Shown here: positions 38,781 through 48,720 of the stretch, in pieces
How positions within the stretch are numbered: the first letter of the stretch is position 1
Layout: each line of letters begins with the position of its first letter
IMG/VR virus record: IMGVR_UViG_3300017913_001136
Span: 1 to 64,000 of that record
Length of the DNA stretch: 64,000 bases
Source of the DNA: a virus
Lineage: Duplodnaviria > Caudoviricetes
Strand: one strand, 5' to 3'
The notes under the pieces: model-generated
What the model saw: the letters and a program-made list of their open reading frames with translations, nothing else
The model's database searches: none
What the model was told of the DNA's origin: nothing
Made by a program: the position numbers and the translations under genes

Positions 38781-41108
38781 TTATACTGAATCTGTCATTG
38801 GTATCCAATCGTATCCGTTATAGAATACGAGGTATGGTTTTCCTGCTGATCTGCTATCTGGGTTGAAGTTTACCCCATCGGCATGTGCAATCTGACCTGC
38901 TCGTTTACCAAGTCCACCTGTGCTTGCTGAATCTGGTTCTGCATCCATTGGTTTTAAGTAAAGAACATCATTGAACTGTCTTACTGAACCAACCGCATAA
39001 CCAGCAAAACCATCTTCGCCTTGTCCTACATAGTAAGTTCTACCTGTCATATCATTGTGGAAGAATCTTCCTGGATCGTCAGCAAGTGAAATATCGCTAT
39101 CAACACCCCACTGAGTATTTGATGCGTCGTACGTGTATATATCGCCACCAAAGTTGTCAGTTTCTGTACCATTGAAGTGGATCAGTTTCACTGGAGTTGT
39201 TGGGGTGAAAGTATTATTTGAGAACGTTGCAGCATCCTGACTTTGAGCAACATAACCATATCGAGTTTTACCAACAAACCTTTGTGTTCTCGAATCGGAT
39301 GACAAGTCAAAGGTAAGTTCTGTTCCTGTATCTAGAGTTGTACTTGGTTGCTGAGAAGTTGTAAAGGTCAGATCTTTACCACGCTTCTCTACAAGAACTT
39401 TAGTCTGACCTGTAACATCCCAGTTGTTATTTGCGCCAGAAACGGTGATAGTGCTCGCTCCATCAACGAGGACTGCCTGATCTGATTGACCGTAGTTATA
39501 AACAAGACCATATGTCGAAGTGGATAGTACACCGCCACCTGTTCTGTATACTGTAAGTGAATATTCTGAATCTACTGAAGGTCTATCGTATCCTACAAGC
39601 AAACCAATAAAATCATCGTCAGCAACAGTAGAAGAAAGTGTTGCTTCATGGTCGAAATCTTTAAACTTATCCTTAGAAACAAAACCAATAAATGTGCTAC
39701 TGTTTACTGTACTGCTGATAGTATCAGTTCCAGAGTTATATGACCAAGAGTTTGCTTCTGACTGATTAGCAGGGAATGTTCCTGAAGTATCGTGTGATAT
39801 CTTTCTCCAAGTATTGAAGATATCAGAGTTAGTTGGTCTATCTAATTTACCTTCTTCCATATCAGCAGAATCATCAAAGAACTTATCGCTGACCTCTAAG
39901 ATTGTTTTCGTTGATAGAGTATTAGTACCATCACCCGAAATAATAGTCAGGTCACCAGCATTACCTGCTGGAACAAAACGATTGAACGCACTATCGTCTA
40001 ACTCTTTTGCTGAATCTTGCGTGACCGTACCGAAAGCAACGATCCGACCATCAACCTGTGATTGCGTAAGACCGCCACCCAAGTTGATTTCTGAACCGCC
40101 ATTATCTTCTACTCTAATTCCTGTACCACCACCAGTTGCTTTTAGTCTTACACCACCGAGATTAATAGTAGAACCTGAAAGGTATAAGTCACGCCATTTG
40201 AAGTTTGAATCACCAAGATCAAATGCGCTATCTACTGCTGGAATGAAAGAACTCTGTAAAGAAAGAACAGGATATCCGTTCACTCCACCTAATCTTAATC
40301 TAGCACTATCATTCGTATCTTGGTTAGTAATTTTGAAAAGTTTTACATTTTCTAACAGGAGTGTATTCGTACCACCAGGAGCATATGTAAATTTAGCACT
40401 ATCAATATGAAGTTCTCTATCAATAAAAGCATCCCGAAACCCTTGTGTCGCCGTTCCGAGGTTGATATTATTTGCTCCTGGATTTAAACTGAAATTTAAA
40501 TCGCCAAAGTTTGATTCGAGAATGCTTTGAACTTTACCAGAGTCTACAATACCAAGAGCAAGAACATAAGACTGGTTTACTATCCTGTCAATTTCATATC
40601 CAACATGAGTTGAATCAAGACCTGCTGGGTCTTGTCTTGCCTGTACATATGCTGCATCTACAAGTCCAATAACACCAAGAGAATCAATAGCATGCTCATT
40701 GATAAGAGCAATTGTTTGTGTAGAATCTAAGTGAGTTCCAATAAGATCTAGAACACCTTGTGAATCAAACGCAGCACCAACATCTGTTAGCAGGGCAAGT
40801 CTACCGCTAGAGTCTGGCAATGTAATGATATTATCTTTTGATGGTTCTTGTGCTTTTAAATATGTTTCGTTATTATCAGCAGGAACTGAATTAGCACTGT
40901 CCTCACCAATAAACACAACCGCACGTTGGTCAAACGAGATTCCTTCGAGGTTTAATCCACCTGCAGAATCCGCCACCAGTAATTGCATCGCTGCAACATC
41001 TTGATACAGTTCTGCGAAGTTATCATTTATTTTTTGACCGCCAGAGCGGAGGGTGTCCCCTGTTCCGTCATTACCTGCGGATCCTATAAAGATTTCTTTT
41101 CTTGCCAT
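38781..41108 (-). CDS. gp9/gp10-type baseplate-fibre connector fused to fibre and lectin domains
   Basis: IGSAGNDGTGDTLRSGGQKINDNFAELY N-terminus; FDLGDSNFKWRDLYLS; about 21 DS. Confidence 0.75.
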   Translation of the reverse strand: MARKEIFIGSAGNDGTGDTLRSGGQKINDNFAELYQDVAAMQLLVADSAGGLNLEGISFDQRAVVFIGEDSANSVPADNNETYLKAQEPSKDNIITLPDSSGRLALLTDVGAAFDSQGVLDLIGTHLDSTQTIALINEHAIDSLGVIGLVDAAYVQARQDPAGLDSTHVGYEIDRIVNQSYVLALGIVDSGKVQSILESNFGDLNFSLNPGANNINLGTATQGFRDAFIDRELHIDSAKFTYAPGGTNTLLLENVKLFKITNQDTNDSARLRLGGVNGYPVLSLQSSFIPAVDSAFDLGDSNFKWRDLYLSGSTINLGGVRLKATGGGTGIRVEDNGGSEINLGGGLTQSQVDGRIVAFGTVTQDSAKELDDSAFNRFVPAGNAGDLTIISGDGTNTLSTKTILEVSDKFFDDSADMEEGKLDRPTNSDIFNTWRKISHDTSGTFPANQSEANSWSYNSGTDTISSTVNSSTFIGFVSKDKFKDFDHEATLSSTVADDDFIGLLVGYDRPSVDSEYSLTVYRTGGGVLSTSTYGLVYNYGQSDQAVLVDGASTITVSGANNNWDVTGQTKVLVEKRGKDLTFTTSQQPSTTLDTGTELTFDLSSDSRTQRFVGKTRYGYVAQSQDAATFSNNTFTPTTPVKLIHFNGTETDNFGGDIYTYDASNTQWGVDSDISLADDPGRFFHNDMTGRTYYVGQGEDGFAGYAVGSVRQFNDVLYLKPMDAEPDSASTGGLGKRAGQIAHADGVNFNPDSRSAGKPYLVFYNGYDWIPMTDSV

Positions 41109-41138
41109 TTTTAAATCCTATTGCGCACTTGCATAATG

Positions 41139-42185
41139 CTATTTATAATAGTTGTACAGAGTTGTTGGTCCATCACTGTCTTCCGTTTGAATATAATATG
41201 TCTGGTCGAACCTTGTAATTGACGTTGTAGAAGAGAACTTCGTGAACGTATCGTCGAAGGTGAGATGGAACCCTGCCCAGTGGTCGACATCCGCATAGTT
41301 GGAATCTGTATGACGGATTGTAAGACTGAGACCGTATTCTTCCGGAGTCTTGTAGACGCTGAGACGCTCTCTTGCCTTGTCCGCATCGTTCTCTTCTGGA
41401 GCAACATATCCTGGCAGCATGTAATCGCCAGATGCATAACCGATACGATCATCGTTATCAGCATAGAGACCAGTGACCTCCCCTTCAATTCTACCGAATA
41501 CCAGAGTTGCCTCGCTATGAACTTTCTGACGAGGATCAAGTTCAGGCATAGACTGTTCAGTGGTAACGCCAACAGGAACATTAGAAAGAATAACAACTTC
41601 TGCTGCTAGGTGATAACCTGACGGATGTACGTATCTTCTCCATAGTGTTTCCCATACATGAATAGGAAAAGGAGAACTGACCAACAATGAAAAAATCTGG
41701 TAGATCTTTCCGTCATGGATTCTCTTACCAAATTCAGTTCCTATTTCATCGACACCAACATATAACAAATCTTTTTTGGGATAAATAATTTCAACATCTT
41801 CCTCGTTAAAGAAAGATCTAAAAAACCCATAACCAGAATATTCAGAACCCTTTACACGGAAGAAATTACCAAAGTTTCTTACGACCTCTCTCGGGAATGT
41901 AAAGATTCTAGAACTGACGCCAAGTCCAACTTCATCGAGAAGAAAGTCTAGACGCTCAAGTTCAGTATCCTCATAATCTCGGATAGTATTAATCTCATTG
42001 ATTATACCACCCCATTGACCATCAGAATCAAGATATTCATAATATCCTTCTAAGAAGGCGATAAGGTTTGGATAATCTTCCTGGAAATACTCTGGAAGAA
42101 CTTCCTGAACCGCACTCTTCCTGAGATTGACAGGGAGTCTATTATAGTCCTTCAGAGTTTCTGAATTATTCGGTGAATGTCCCAT
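41139..42185 (-). CDS. Baseplate wedge initiator, gp7-like
   Basis: FLEGYYEYL, FRVKGSEYS..FFR, EIIYPK, YVHPSG; follows gp6. Confidence 0.7.
   Translation of the reverse strand: MGHSPNNSETLKDYNRLPVNLRKSAVQEVLPEYFQEDYPNLIAFLEGYYEYLDSDGQWGGIINEINTIRDYEDTELERLDFLLDEVGLGVSSRIFTFPREVVRNFGNFFRVKGSEYSGYGFFRSFFNEEDVEIIYPKKDLLYVGVDEIGTEFGKRIHDGKIYQIFSLLVSSPFPIHVWETLWRRYVHPSGYHLAAEVVILSNVPVGVTTEQSMPELDPRQKVHSEATLVFGRIEGEVTGLYADNDDRIGYASGDYMLPGYVAPEENDADKARERLSVYKTPEEYGLSLTIRHTDSNYADVDHWAGFHLTFDDTFTKFSSTTSITRFDQTYYIQTEDSDGPTTLYNYYK
41140..41147 (-). promoter_or_regulatory. Late promoter TATAAATA (gp9-like operon)
   Basis: Exact match 32 nt upstream of the ATG at 41108. Confidence 0.8.
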
Positions 42186-44023
42186 TATGTCACTTTAAGA
42201 GTTTCTGTTTGTCTGTCTATGATTGCAGTTGCTGATGACTTATCTGTTTCTAATTTAAGAATGTAGTTCCGTAAAGGTTGAATAGATGAATCATTCTCAG
42301 GAGCAACCTGTATTCTAATGAAAGTATCTCCGCTCAAAAGTCTTGTAGGATTAAACCCAACAATACTCACAACACCTGTATCTGCATTATAACTTCCAAC
42401 ATTATCAAGAACGATATTATCATCTAGATCAAAGATAGCAAGTTGATTGCTTTTTAATCTATTTTTAATAATACATACAAGTCCGTTGTATTCAAACGCA
42501 TCGGTCTTAATAATAAAGAATATATCATCCGGATCTTTGATCTTACATGGGAATGGAACTGTAAATGTGTTTAGATCGTTTGTAGTAACTTCCTGACGCA
42601 TCTGAACATCAATGTCAATCTTAGTATTCAGAACTGCTTTATTCAAAGCATCGATCTCTGTTAACAGATTACTCTTTCTGAACACTTTATTGAATGACTC
42701 AAGATTTCTCTTAAAATAATTTACAGTAAACTGTGTTATGTTCGCTTCTTGTGTTTGGTTTGATATACCGATAAGAGCAGGATCAAAATTAAATTGAGTT
42801 GTAAGAATCAAGAACACGTCTTTAGGGTCTGCGAACTTCGGAGTCATCGACATTGTAGAAAGGTTCTTGACGTAGTTAGCACGGATCTGATCTTTAACTT
42901 GTTGTTTAGTAGAAGCAGAAACATTTGCTTTGAAATTGAGTGAAATATAAACTGCGCCATAATCTAATGGTATGTTTTCATCGCCCGACCAAATTGCTGC
43001 TTCTTTTACGTCAGCAAAATTAGTTTCGATAATTGCTTTGTAATCGAGTGAAGTCACCAACCTTTGCTGGGATGCAAAGGCGATAGGTGCGAGTTGACGA
43101 ATAGATTCTATTGATTGTTTTTCTGCACCGCCAGCAGATTCAGATGAAGTGACAGCACTTAAAACATATTGTAGATTGCCCACTGTTACTTGTGATTTCG
43201 CTAAGAACGATGTTCCGTTATTAGCAAGTGGACCTTTTGAAGAAAGGTATGTGACAACGATCTTTTGTCCTGGTTCCGGAGATTTACCAAATGATGTACC
43301 ATCCCCGAAGTTTACTTCATAGAATCCACTAGGTGCTTCGTTGATGCTATAGTATGTTGTTTCACTATCGATTCGAACTGCTTGAGAAAGTGGAGAATAT
43401 TCTGTGTATGTATTTGAAGTAAGACTATCATAGACGAGAACACGAGCAGTAGAACGATCCATAGTTTCATCAGGAATGATGTAAACTTGTCTTTCGTCTT
43501 TTTGACCAACGATAAAAGTTTTTGTTTTCTCTATGCCTTCGTATACAGGAATATCTGAAGAACCTGCTGAAGTCGTGAAGTCATAACTCCCTGAACCATT
43601 ATCTCTTGCTGTATATGCCTCTAATGTTCTGAATGTATATGATGTGCCATCAATTGATGAGGAAAACTGAGTTCCTCTTGGTATAGTTATTGTAACAGGA
43701 CGACCAGAAACCCCTGCCAAGTTGAGTGAAAGATTCAGGAGTGCTTTCGCTGAAGTCACAGATCTTGTTTCATAACCAAGCATTGCTGCATGAGAAAGAA
43801 CTGAACTTCTCAGTTGCGCTGTCGGTAAGAATGCTTCGTTGAGTGCAAAGTTAGCAGTCAGAGCATTGACGTGTGTATTATATGCAAGAACATCAAGAAG
43901 GTTGTTTAGACCTGCACCTTCAAAGTCGTATGAATTAAATTCATCTTTGCTTTTAAAATAATCTTTGAGACGATTCTTAATCGTATTAAAATCAAGATCT
44001 GCCGATTTAGTCGTAGTTGCCAT
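42185..44023 (-). CDS. gp6: Baseplate wedge subunit
   Basis: LDFNTIKNRLK, YDFEGAGLNNLLDVLAYNTH, ESIRQLAP...QQRLVTSLDY. Confidence 0.95.
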   Translation of the reverse strand: MATTTKSADLDFNTIKNRLKDYFKSKDEFNSYDFEGAGLNNLLDVLAYNTHVNALTANFALNEAFLPTAQLRSSVLSHAAMLGYETRSVTSAKALLNLSLNLAGVSGRPVTITIPRGTQFSSSIDGTSYTFRTLEAYTARDNGSGSYDFTTSAGSSDIPVYEGIEKTKTFIVGQKDERQVYIIPDETMDRSTARVLVYDSLTSNTYTEYSPLSQAVRIDSETTYYSINEAPSGFYEVNFGDGTSFGKSPEPGQKIVVTYLSSKGPLANNGTSFLAKSQVTVGNLQYVLSAVTSSESAGGAEKQSIESIRQLAPIAFASQQRLVTSLDYKAIIETNFADVKEAAIWSGDENIPLDYGAVYISLNFKANVSASTKQQVKDQIRANYVKNLSTMSMTPKFADPKDVFLILTTQFNFDPALIGISNQTQEANITQFTVNYFKRNLESFNKVFRKSNLLTEIDALNKAVLNTKIDIDVQMRQEVTTNDLNTFTVPFPCKIKDPDDIFFIIKTDAFEYNGLVCIIKNRLKSNQLAIFDLDDNIVLDNVGSYNADTGVVSIVGFNPTRLLSGDTFIRIQVAPENDSSIQPLRNYILKLETDKSSATAIIDRQTETLKVT

Positions 44024-44024
44024 T

Positions 44025-44468
44025 TTATCTCAACCTTGTAAGTGATAGTTCTAATGAAACTGGTTCAACCGAATTTAGAACTTGAAAAGAAAGATTTACA
44101 TTGATTATATTTTTTTCTGGTTCCAATGAAATATAAACATCTCTCATCAAAGCACGTGGTTCATGCAAGGTAACAGTTTCAAATATCTGATCTCTGAGCA
44201 TATCTGCTTCTACAGTGGTATCAAGTTCAAAAAGGAAACTGTTTAAGTTTCCACCATATGTTGTATTAAAAGGTTTTTCCATAAAGTTAGTCATCAAGAT
44301 ATTCTTGACGGATTGTTTGACTGCAGCAACATCTTGCTTTTTATATACATCACCAGAAGGTTTTGCTGAGAAAAATAAATCGATATCCTTGTACAACACC
44401 TTTTTGGTGCTGCCAATGCTGGAGGTATTTAAATTTCCATCTTCGAGGGCAAACGCTTTTGCTGGCAT
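44025..44468 (-). CDS. gp25: Baseplate wedge subunit
   Basis: YKDIDL, AVKQSVKNILMTNFMEKPF, HEPRA. Confidence 0.92.
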   Translation of the reverse strand: MPAKAFALEDGNLNTSSIGSTKKVLYKDIDLFFSAKPSGDVYKKQDVAAVKQSVKNILMTNFMEKPFNTTYGGNLNSFLFELDTTVEADMLRDQIFETVTLHEPRALMRDVYISLEPEKNIINVNLSFQVLNSVEPVSLELSLTRLR

Positions 44469-44486
44469 GTGAATTTCCTTTTATCC

Positions 44487-44494
44487 TATTTATA
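44487..44494 (-). promoter_or_regulatory. Late promoter TATAAATA (gp25)
   Basis: Exact match 19 nt upstream of gp25. Confidence 0.8.
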
Positions 44495-44500
44495 AGGTTT

Positions 44501-46513
44501 TTATGCGAGTATTTCTATCAGTTCACCTGTTGCCTGAACATAATTGTTGTATCTCGTTTCCAGTTTATTTTCGTAACTTGCTGTGTATCCTGCTAAAGAA
44601 AGTTCAGGCATGATAACAATAATCTGGGCATTCAATGATCCATTCGGATTATATGTATCGTAGTCAAGAATCATCTTTTCATAATTCTGACTATCTTTCC
44701 ACCATGCCGCAAGTTTAAATGTTTGATTAAGAGCAATTTTACCTTTGCGATCACGCAACTCATATACGATTGCTCTACCATAACTTCGATAATCGTTGAC
44801 GCTTCCAGGAGTGATTATTTCGTTGTTTCCTATTTTATAAACACCCTCAGAAACAATCAAACGATATTCATCGAACTCGCCTTCATCTTCAATAACACTT
44901 CTCATCATCTGACCATGAAGATAAAGGTATTTGGCCATCTCTACTCTATCTTCATCTACAAGATGATCAATAGTAATAGGATCACCATGCCCACCAATAA
45001 ACTTCGCAATGTTTATCCCCCTTGCTAGTTTGGTTCGTTTAGTGATTACCTTTTTCCTTTCCGGATCATATATCGGATTAGGAGTGACTGTTATAACATT
45101 ATTCTGTACAGTTCCTGCAAACCTTTTTGCTTCTGCTCCAAGTATCTTACCGAAAGTTTCTTTCGGATGTGCATTGCGTGGAGTCGGTTCGTCATCTACG
45201 ACCGCACCAATTTTTTTAGGAACTGCATTTGTGTAAGTCGAACTTAGAATATTTTCTGCTAGAGCAGAGGCAATAAAGTCCTCGTTGTTTTGAGCAGATG
45301 CGTTTCTTAGTTTTGATCTGACTTCTTTTATCTGTAGAGATCTATCCGAAACGCCACCATAATCAACCAACCTATTGATTGAGTTGTAGATAACATCACC
45401 CACATCAATAGCAACTTTAAATATCCCATATTGTGAGTTAAACCAGTCATTCTTGATTACAGAGTTGGTTGGTTGTACTGTTGTCTTATTAGTAGCAACA
45501 GTTGTATCGTTTGTATTAGTACCAGGAGATCCTGCTGATCCAAGAGGTGCTTGTCCTGCCGTTGAAGCATAGTCTGCTTGATTAGCATCATCTGCTTTAC
45601 CAGTTAAGTCACCGTGAAAAGTAGTAGCATACATCGCCGTGGCATGAACAGAAGTTGAATTAACACGAGGAATATGCGCAGTGTGCCCATAGTAAACCAT
45701 GTTCTCACCACCGATAGTTCCACTGTCACCGATGAAAGTCAAACTTGATGCACCCATATTGATATCTGGCGATGTAGCAATATATTTGTTTTCTGCAGAT
45801 ATTTGGTATTCTGAACCAACAACGTCTTCTTTGTTTATACCAACCGTTGTGGTTTGATTTTTCTTAATGATATTCTGCTGATCACCAGATATAAAATTAG
45901 TATCTGAACCTGTGATAGTCTTTGACATATTACGGTTGACGAAGGTTGCATGATTACCATTTACGTCTTGACGGAAACCACCTTTCACTTCTTGAGTCAT
46001 CGCACCGCCAGAAGTCATGTTAATATTACCGCCAACCTCTAGATCAAAGTCGCCATCTACTTTTAATTTAAAGTTGCCGTGATATACTAACTCGCCATCA
46101 CCTTCTATGATAACTTTCTCACCACCTGCTGCTACTCTTACGATATTATTCGTTGCGTTAATAATAACCGAACCATCAGCACGCATCTCTATCCCAGCAC
46201 CTGTCTTGTGCTTGAATAACATGCGCTCACGTCCAGGAGTATCATCTACCTCTTGTACATGACCAGATACAGTTCTCCTCACTTGATTCAAAGGAGCAGT
46301 AGAAGCAGGATAATCTTTTATTTCTAAATCTAAATTTACGTCACCGCCACCAAGAAGCAGTTCGTTTTGCTCAATACCACGTGCCTCTAAGTTTACAGAT
46401 GGGGCATTAGCATATTCACGTTTAGGGAACACACCTTTAGGATCGTCAAACGGATCTTCTTTCTCTGTTTGAGCAATATGAATATTGGATTTGTAAATAT
46501 CTTCATCTGCCAT
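44501..46513 (-). CDS. gp5 beta-helix (spike) part plus C-terminal domain
   Basis: TVSGHVQEVDDTPGRER...HKTG, VxGDxxLxVxG beta-helix repeats. Confidence 0.75.
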   Translation of the reverse strand: MADEDIYKSNIHIAQTEKEDPFDDPKGVFPKREYANAPSVNLEARGIEQNELLLGGGDVNLDLEIKDYPASTAPLNQVRRTVSGHVQEVDDTPGRERMLFKHKTGAGIEMRADGSVIINATNNIVRVAAGGEKVIIEGDGELVYHGNFKLKVDGDFDLEVGGNINMTSGGAMTQEVKGGFRQDVNGNHATFVNRNMSKTITGSDTNFISGDQQNIIKKNQTTTVGINKEDVVGSEYQISAENKYIATSPDINMGASSLTFIGDSGTIGGENMVYYGHTAHIPRVNSTSVHATAMYATTFHGDLTGKADDANQADYASTAGQAPLGSAGSPGTNTNDTTVATNKTTVQPTNSVIKNDWFNSQYGIFKVAIDVGDVIYNSINRLVDYGGVSDRSLQIKEVRSKLRNASAQNNEDFIASALAENILSSTYTNAVPKKIGAVVDDEPTPRNAHPKETFGKILGAEAKRFAGTVQNNVITVTPNPIYDPERKKVITKRTKLARGINIAKFIGGHGDPITIDHLVDEDRVEMAKYLYLHGQMMRSVIEDEGEFDEYRLIVSEGVYKIGNNEIITPGSVNDYRSYGRAIVYELRDRKGKIALNQTFKLAAWWKDSQNYEKMILDYDTYNPNGSLNAQIIVIMPELSLAGYTASYENKLETRYNNYVQATGELIEILA

Positions 46514-48720
46514 TATTCTTCACTTTCATTTAAATAATCATCTGTAAGATCTGCATACGGATCATCGTCACCATCTTCTCCGTCTGGTATTTCTCGTTTC
46601 TTTAGAAGGTATGCTCCGACATCAAACTCTGGACCAATCAAATTCATAAACCGTGTAATCTGAGTTGCTTGCGTGCTTCCTGCAGCAAATTCTATTCTTT
46701 GTTCAGCAAGGAACTGATCATATCCTTTGAATACGCCTCCAGGAGAGTGGCGATACATAACTTCAACGATCATATCAAATGTTTTCCACTGTTCCGCTGT
46801 AATTGACTTTGATGAAATATTAGTCCAGTCTTGTTTTAAGTTTACGCTGGCAACACCCCTATATGCAGGTTGGTCACCAAGTAGACCAGCATCAAATGTT
46901 ACCAGAATGGCATTGTCATGCACTTTTTTAAAGGGAGTTTGATCTTCTTGAACCAGTTTCTTTGAAAAGAATGTTGTAGGAGCAGTTCCGATAGGAATAA
47001 CCCTTTCTAGACCACCATCCTTCTTGATGATATAGTTACATCTCGCATATCCAGGTCTTCCGATCGGTTCGGGATCTGGTTCTGCTTTTTTATCTTGTAA
47101 ACTTTTATAGAACCTTTGGTGCCAATCGTTTAATTTTCTTCCTGTATAAAATTCGTTCTCTGCACTCAGATTCCAGTTTACCAACAGATGTTTGATTACA
47201 CGAGGCGAATTCTTTATTTCAAGTTCTAGTTCTTTTTTACTATTGACTGGTTCATATCCACCCCAGAACTCATTGTCAAGTTGATTATATCCGAGTTGAT
47301 CAATACCTGTAGTTCTAGTGTCACCCAACTTTTTAACAGGAGTTGTTGGTTCTTCTACTGCTGTCTTGTTACCTTTATCAACGACTTTCTTTATCTGTGT
47401 CTTTCCTGTCGCCTGTGCAATATTAGGAGCAACTGCACCATTAGAAGGATCTATACCATTAACAAAAGATGGAAGTTCTTTACCAAGTTCTGAGAATCCT
47501 CCTAGACCTTGCGCCAGTCCAACGACACTTGCCATGATATTACCGAACTCCACGCCCAGAGAACCGAAAGGATTTCCTGGTGCTATGGGGTTGGCACCAT
47601 TACTAAATGCCTCCATCGCTCCGCTAAAATTTGCTGAGATCTTATCTGTGAGAGGGTTATCTTTAATCTTTGATTGTAAAGAAGCAAGAGGATTAGGATT
47701 ATCGATATTGAACCCTGTAGGAACTTGAACTCCAGGAAACCCGATAGGATTACCAAGTCCTCTAAATTGTTTTGTTGAAAAAGTCTTTTGTGGTTCCACA
47801 GTCTTCTGTTTCTTTAGATTTACAACCGTGTTCGCAACAACATTCACTCCTTTATCAACCTCAGCATTCACTTCTGCTATTTCTTCATCACTCAGTCCGA
47901 TGTCTTTATATGCTTGTTGAACTTTAGGATCGTTCGTTACTGCTTTCATTTCGTTTACAACACCAACAACATCTGCATTTTTTATATTGTTTGATTTTTG
48001 AACTTCTGGACTCTCAAGAGTTTTCTTAATTCCGACAGGACTTGCAGAAGCAATCACTTTGTTCAGGTTTTTACTTGCAGCAGTTGTAGACCCTGCTAAT
48101 GTGTCTATGTTCGATTTCGTCGAAGGTGATTTCGTAACAGTAACATTAGGAACATTTTCTGTCATCTCTGAAATAGAGGGTTCAGGTTTATGTGATGACT
48201 GTCTAGAAGATGCAGGCAAAACTGATTCTGTATGAGACTTGAATCCCCCTGCCTGAGAACCTATTTCGGTTGTATTCTGCGCTCTTTCTAATGCAACCGT
48301 TTGTGCTTGTAGTTGTTTAAGTTCACGATCTCGCCTTTCAGCATCGAGTTTTTCTTGTCTGACAGCAAGTTGCGAATCTACAGAAGTCTTGTTGACTCTT
48401 TTTGCTTTTCTTTCTGCTGCTTCATCGTCCCTTGCCTTTTTACGTGCTTTCCTGAAAGCATTGATAACTTGTTTGATGTAATCAATCTGTAAAGAAAGGG
48501 CATCTATAAAGTCTTGTTGTGTGCCTGAACCAGCAACAAGATCTCTTCTTTGCTTTTTCCTCTCTAGTTCAAGTTCTCTCCGTTTGCTTTTTAAAGCACG
48601 CTGTTCTGGTGCTCTCAATATTTTGCCTGTTGGGATCATCGCATTCATGTCCCAAACTCCAGGGACGATAGCGTTTACCTCTTCAGCAAGTTCTACAGAT
48701 TTTTGATATGACACACCCAT
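46513..48720 (-). CDS. Hub-associated protein with coiled coil and degenerate amidase-2-like C-terminus
   Basis: IKHLLVNW...NYIIKKDGGLERVIP...ITAEQWKTF...PGGVFKGY follows the amidase-2 layout. Confidence 0.5.
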   Translation of the reverse strand: MGVSYQKSVELAEEVNAIVPGVWDMNAMIPTGKILRAPEQRALKSKRRELELERKKQRRDLVAGSGTQQDFIDALSLQIDYIKQVINAFRKARKKARDDEAAERKAKRVNKTSVDSQLAVRQEKLDAERRDRELKQLQAQTVALERAQNTTEIGSQAGGFKSHTESVLPASSRQSSHKPEPSISEMTENVPNVTVTKSPSTKSNIDTLAGSTTAASKNLNKVIASASPVGIKKTLESPEVQKSNNIKNADVVGVVNEMKAVTNDPKVQQAYKDIGLSDEEIAEVNAEVDKGVNVVANTVVNLKKQKTVEPQKTFSTKQFRGLGNPIGFPGVQVPTGFNIDNPNPLASLQSKIKDNPLTDKISANFSGAMEAFSNGANPIAPGNPFGSLGVEFGNIMASVVGLAQGLGGFSELGKELPSFVNGIDPSNGAVAPNIAQATGKTQIKKVVDKGNKTAVEEPTTPVKKLGDTRTTGIDQLGYNQLDNEFWGGYEPVNSKKELELEIKNSPRVIKHLLVNWNLSAENEFYTGRKLNDWHQRFYKSLQDKKAEPDPEPIGRPGYARCNYIIKKDGGLERVIPIGTAPTTFFSKKLVQEDQTPFKKVHDNAILVTFDAGLLGDQPAYRGVASVNLKQDWTNISSKSITAEQWKTFDMIVEVMYRHSPGGVFKGYDQFLAEQRIEFAAGSTQATQITRFMNLIGPEFDVGAYLLKKREIPDGEDGDDDPYADLTDDYLNESEE

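Noticed and set aside
4623-42185. DS enrichment as a DNA-level GANTC (CcrM/HinfI site) enrichment, since GAY-TCN spells GANTC
   Set aside because: Many DS are encoded GAY-AGY (6 of 11 in the 228-aa ORF), which is not GANTC, and the signal follows reading frame and protein class. A count of out-of-frame GANTC would settle it.
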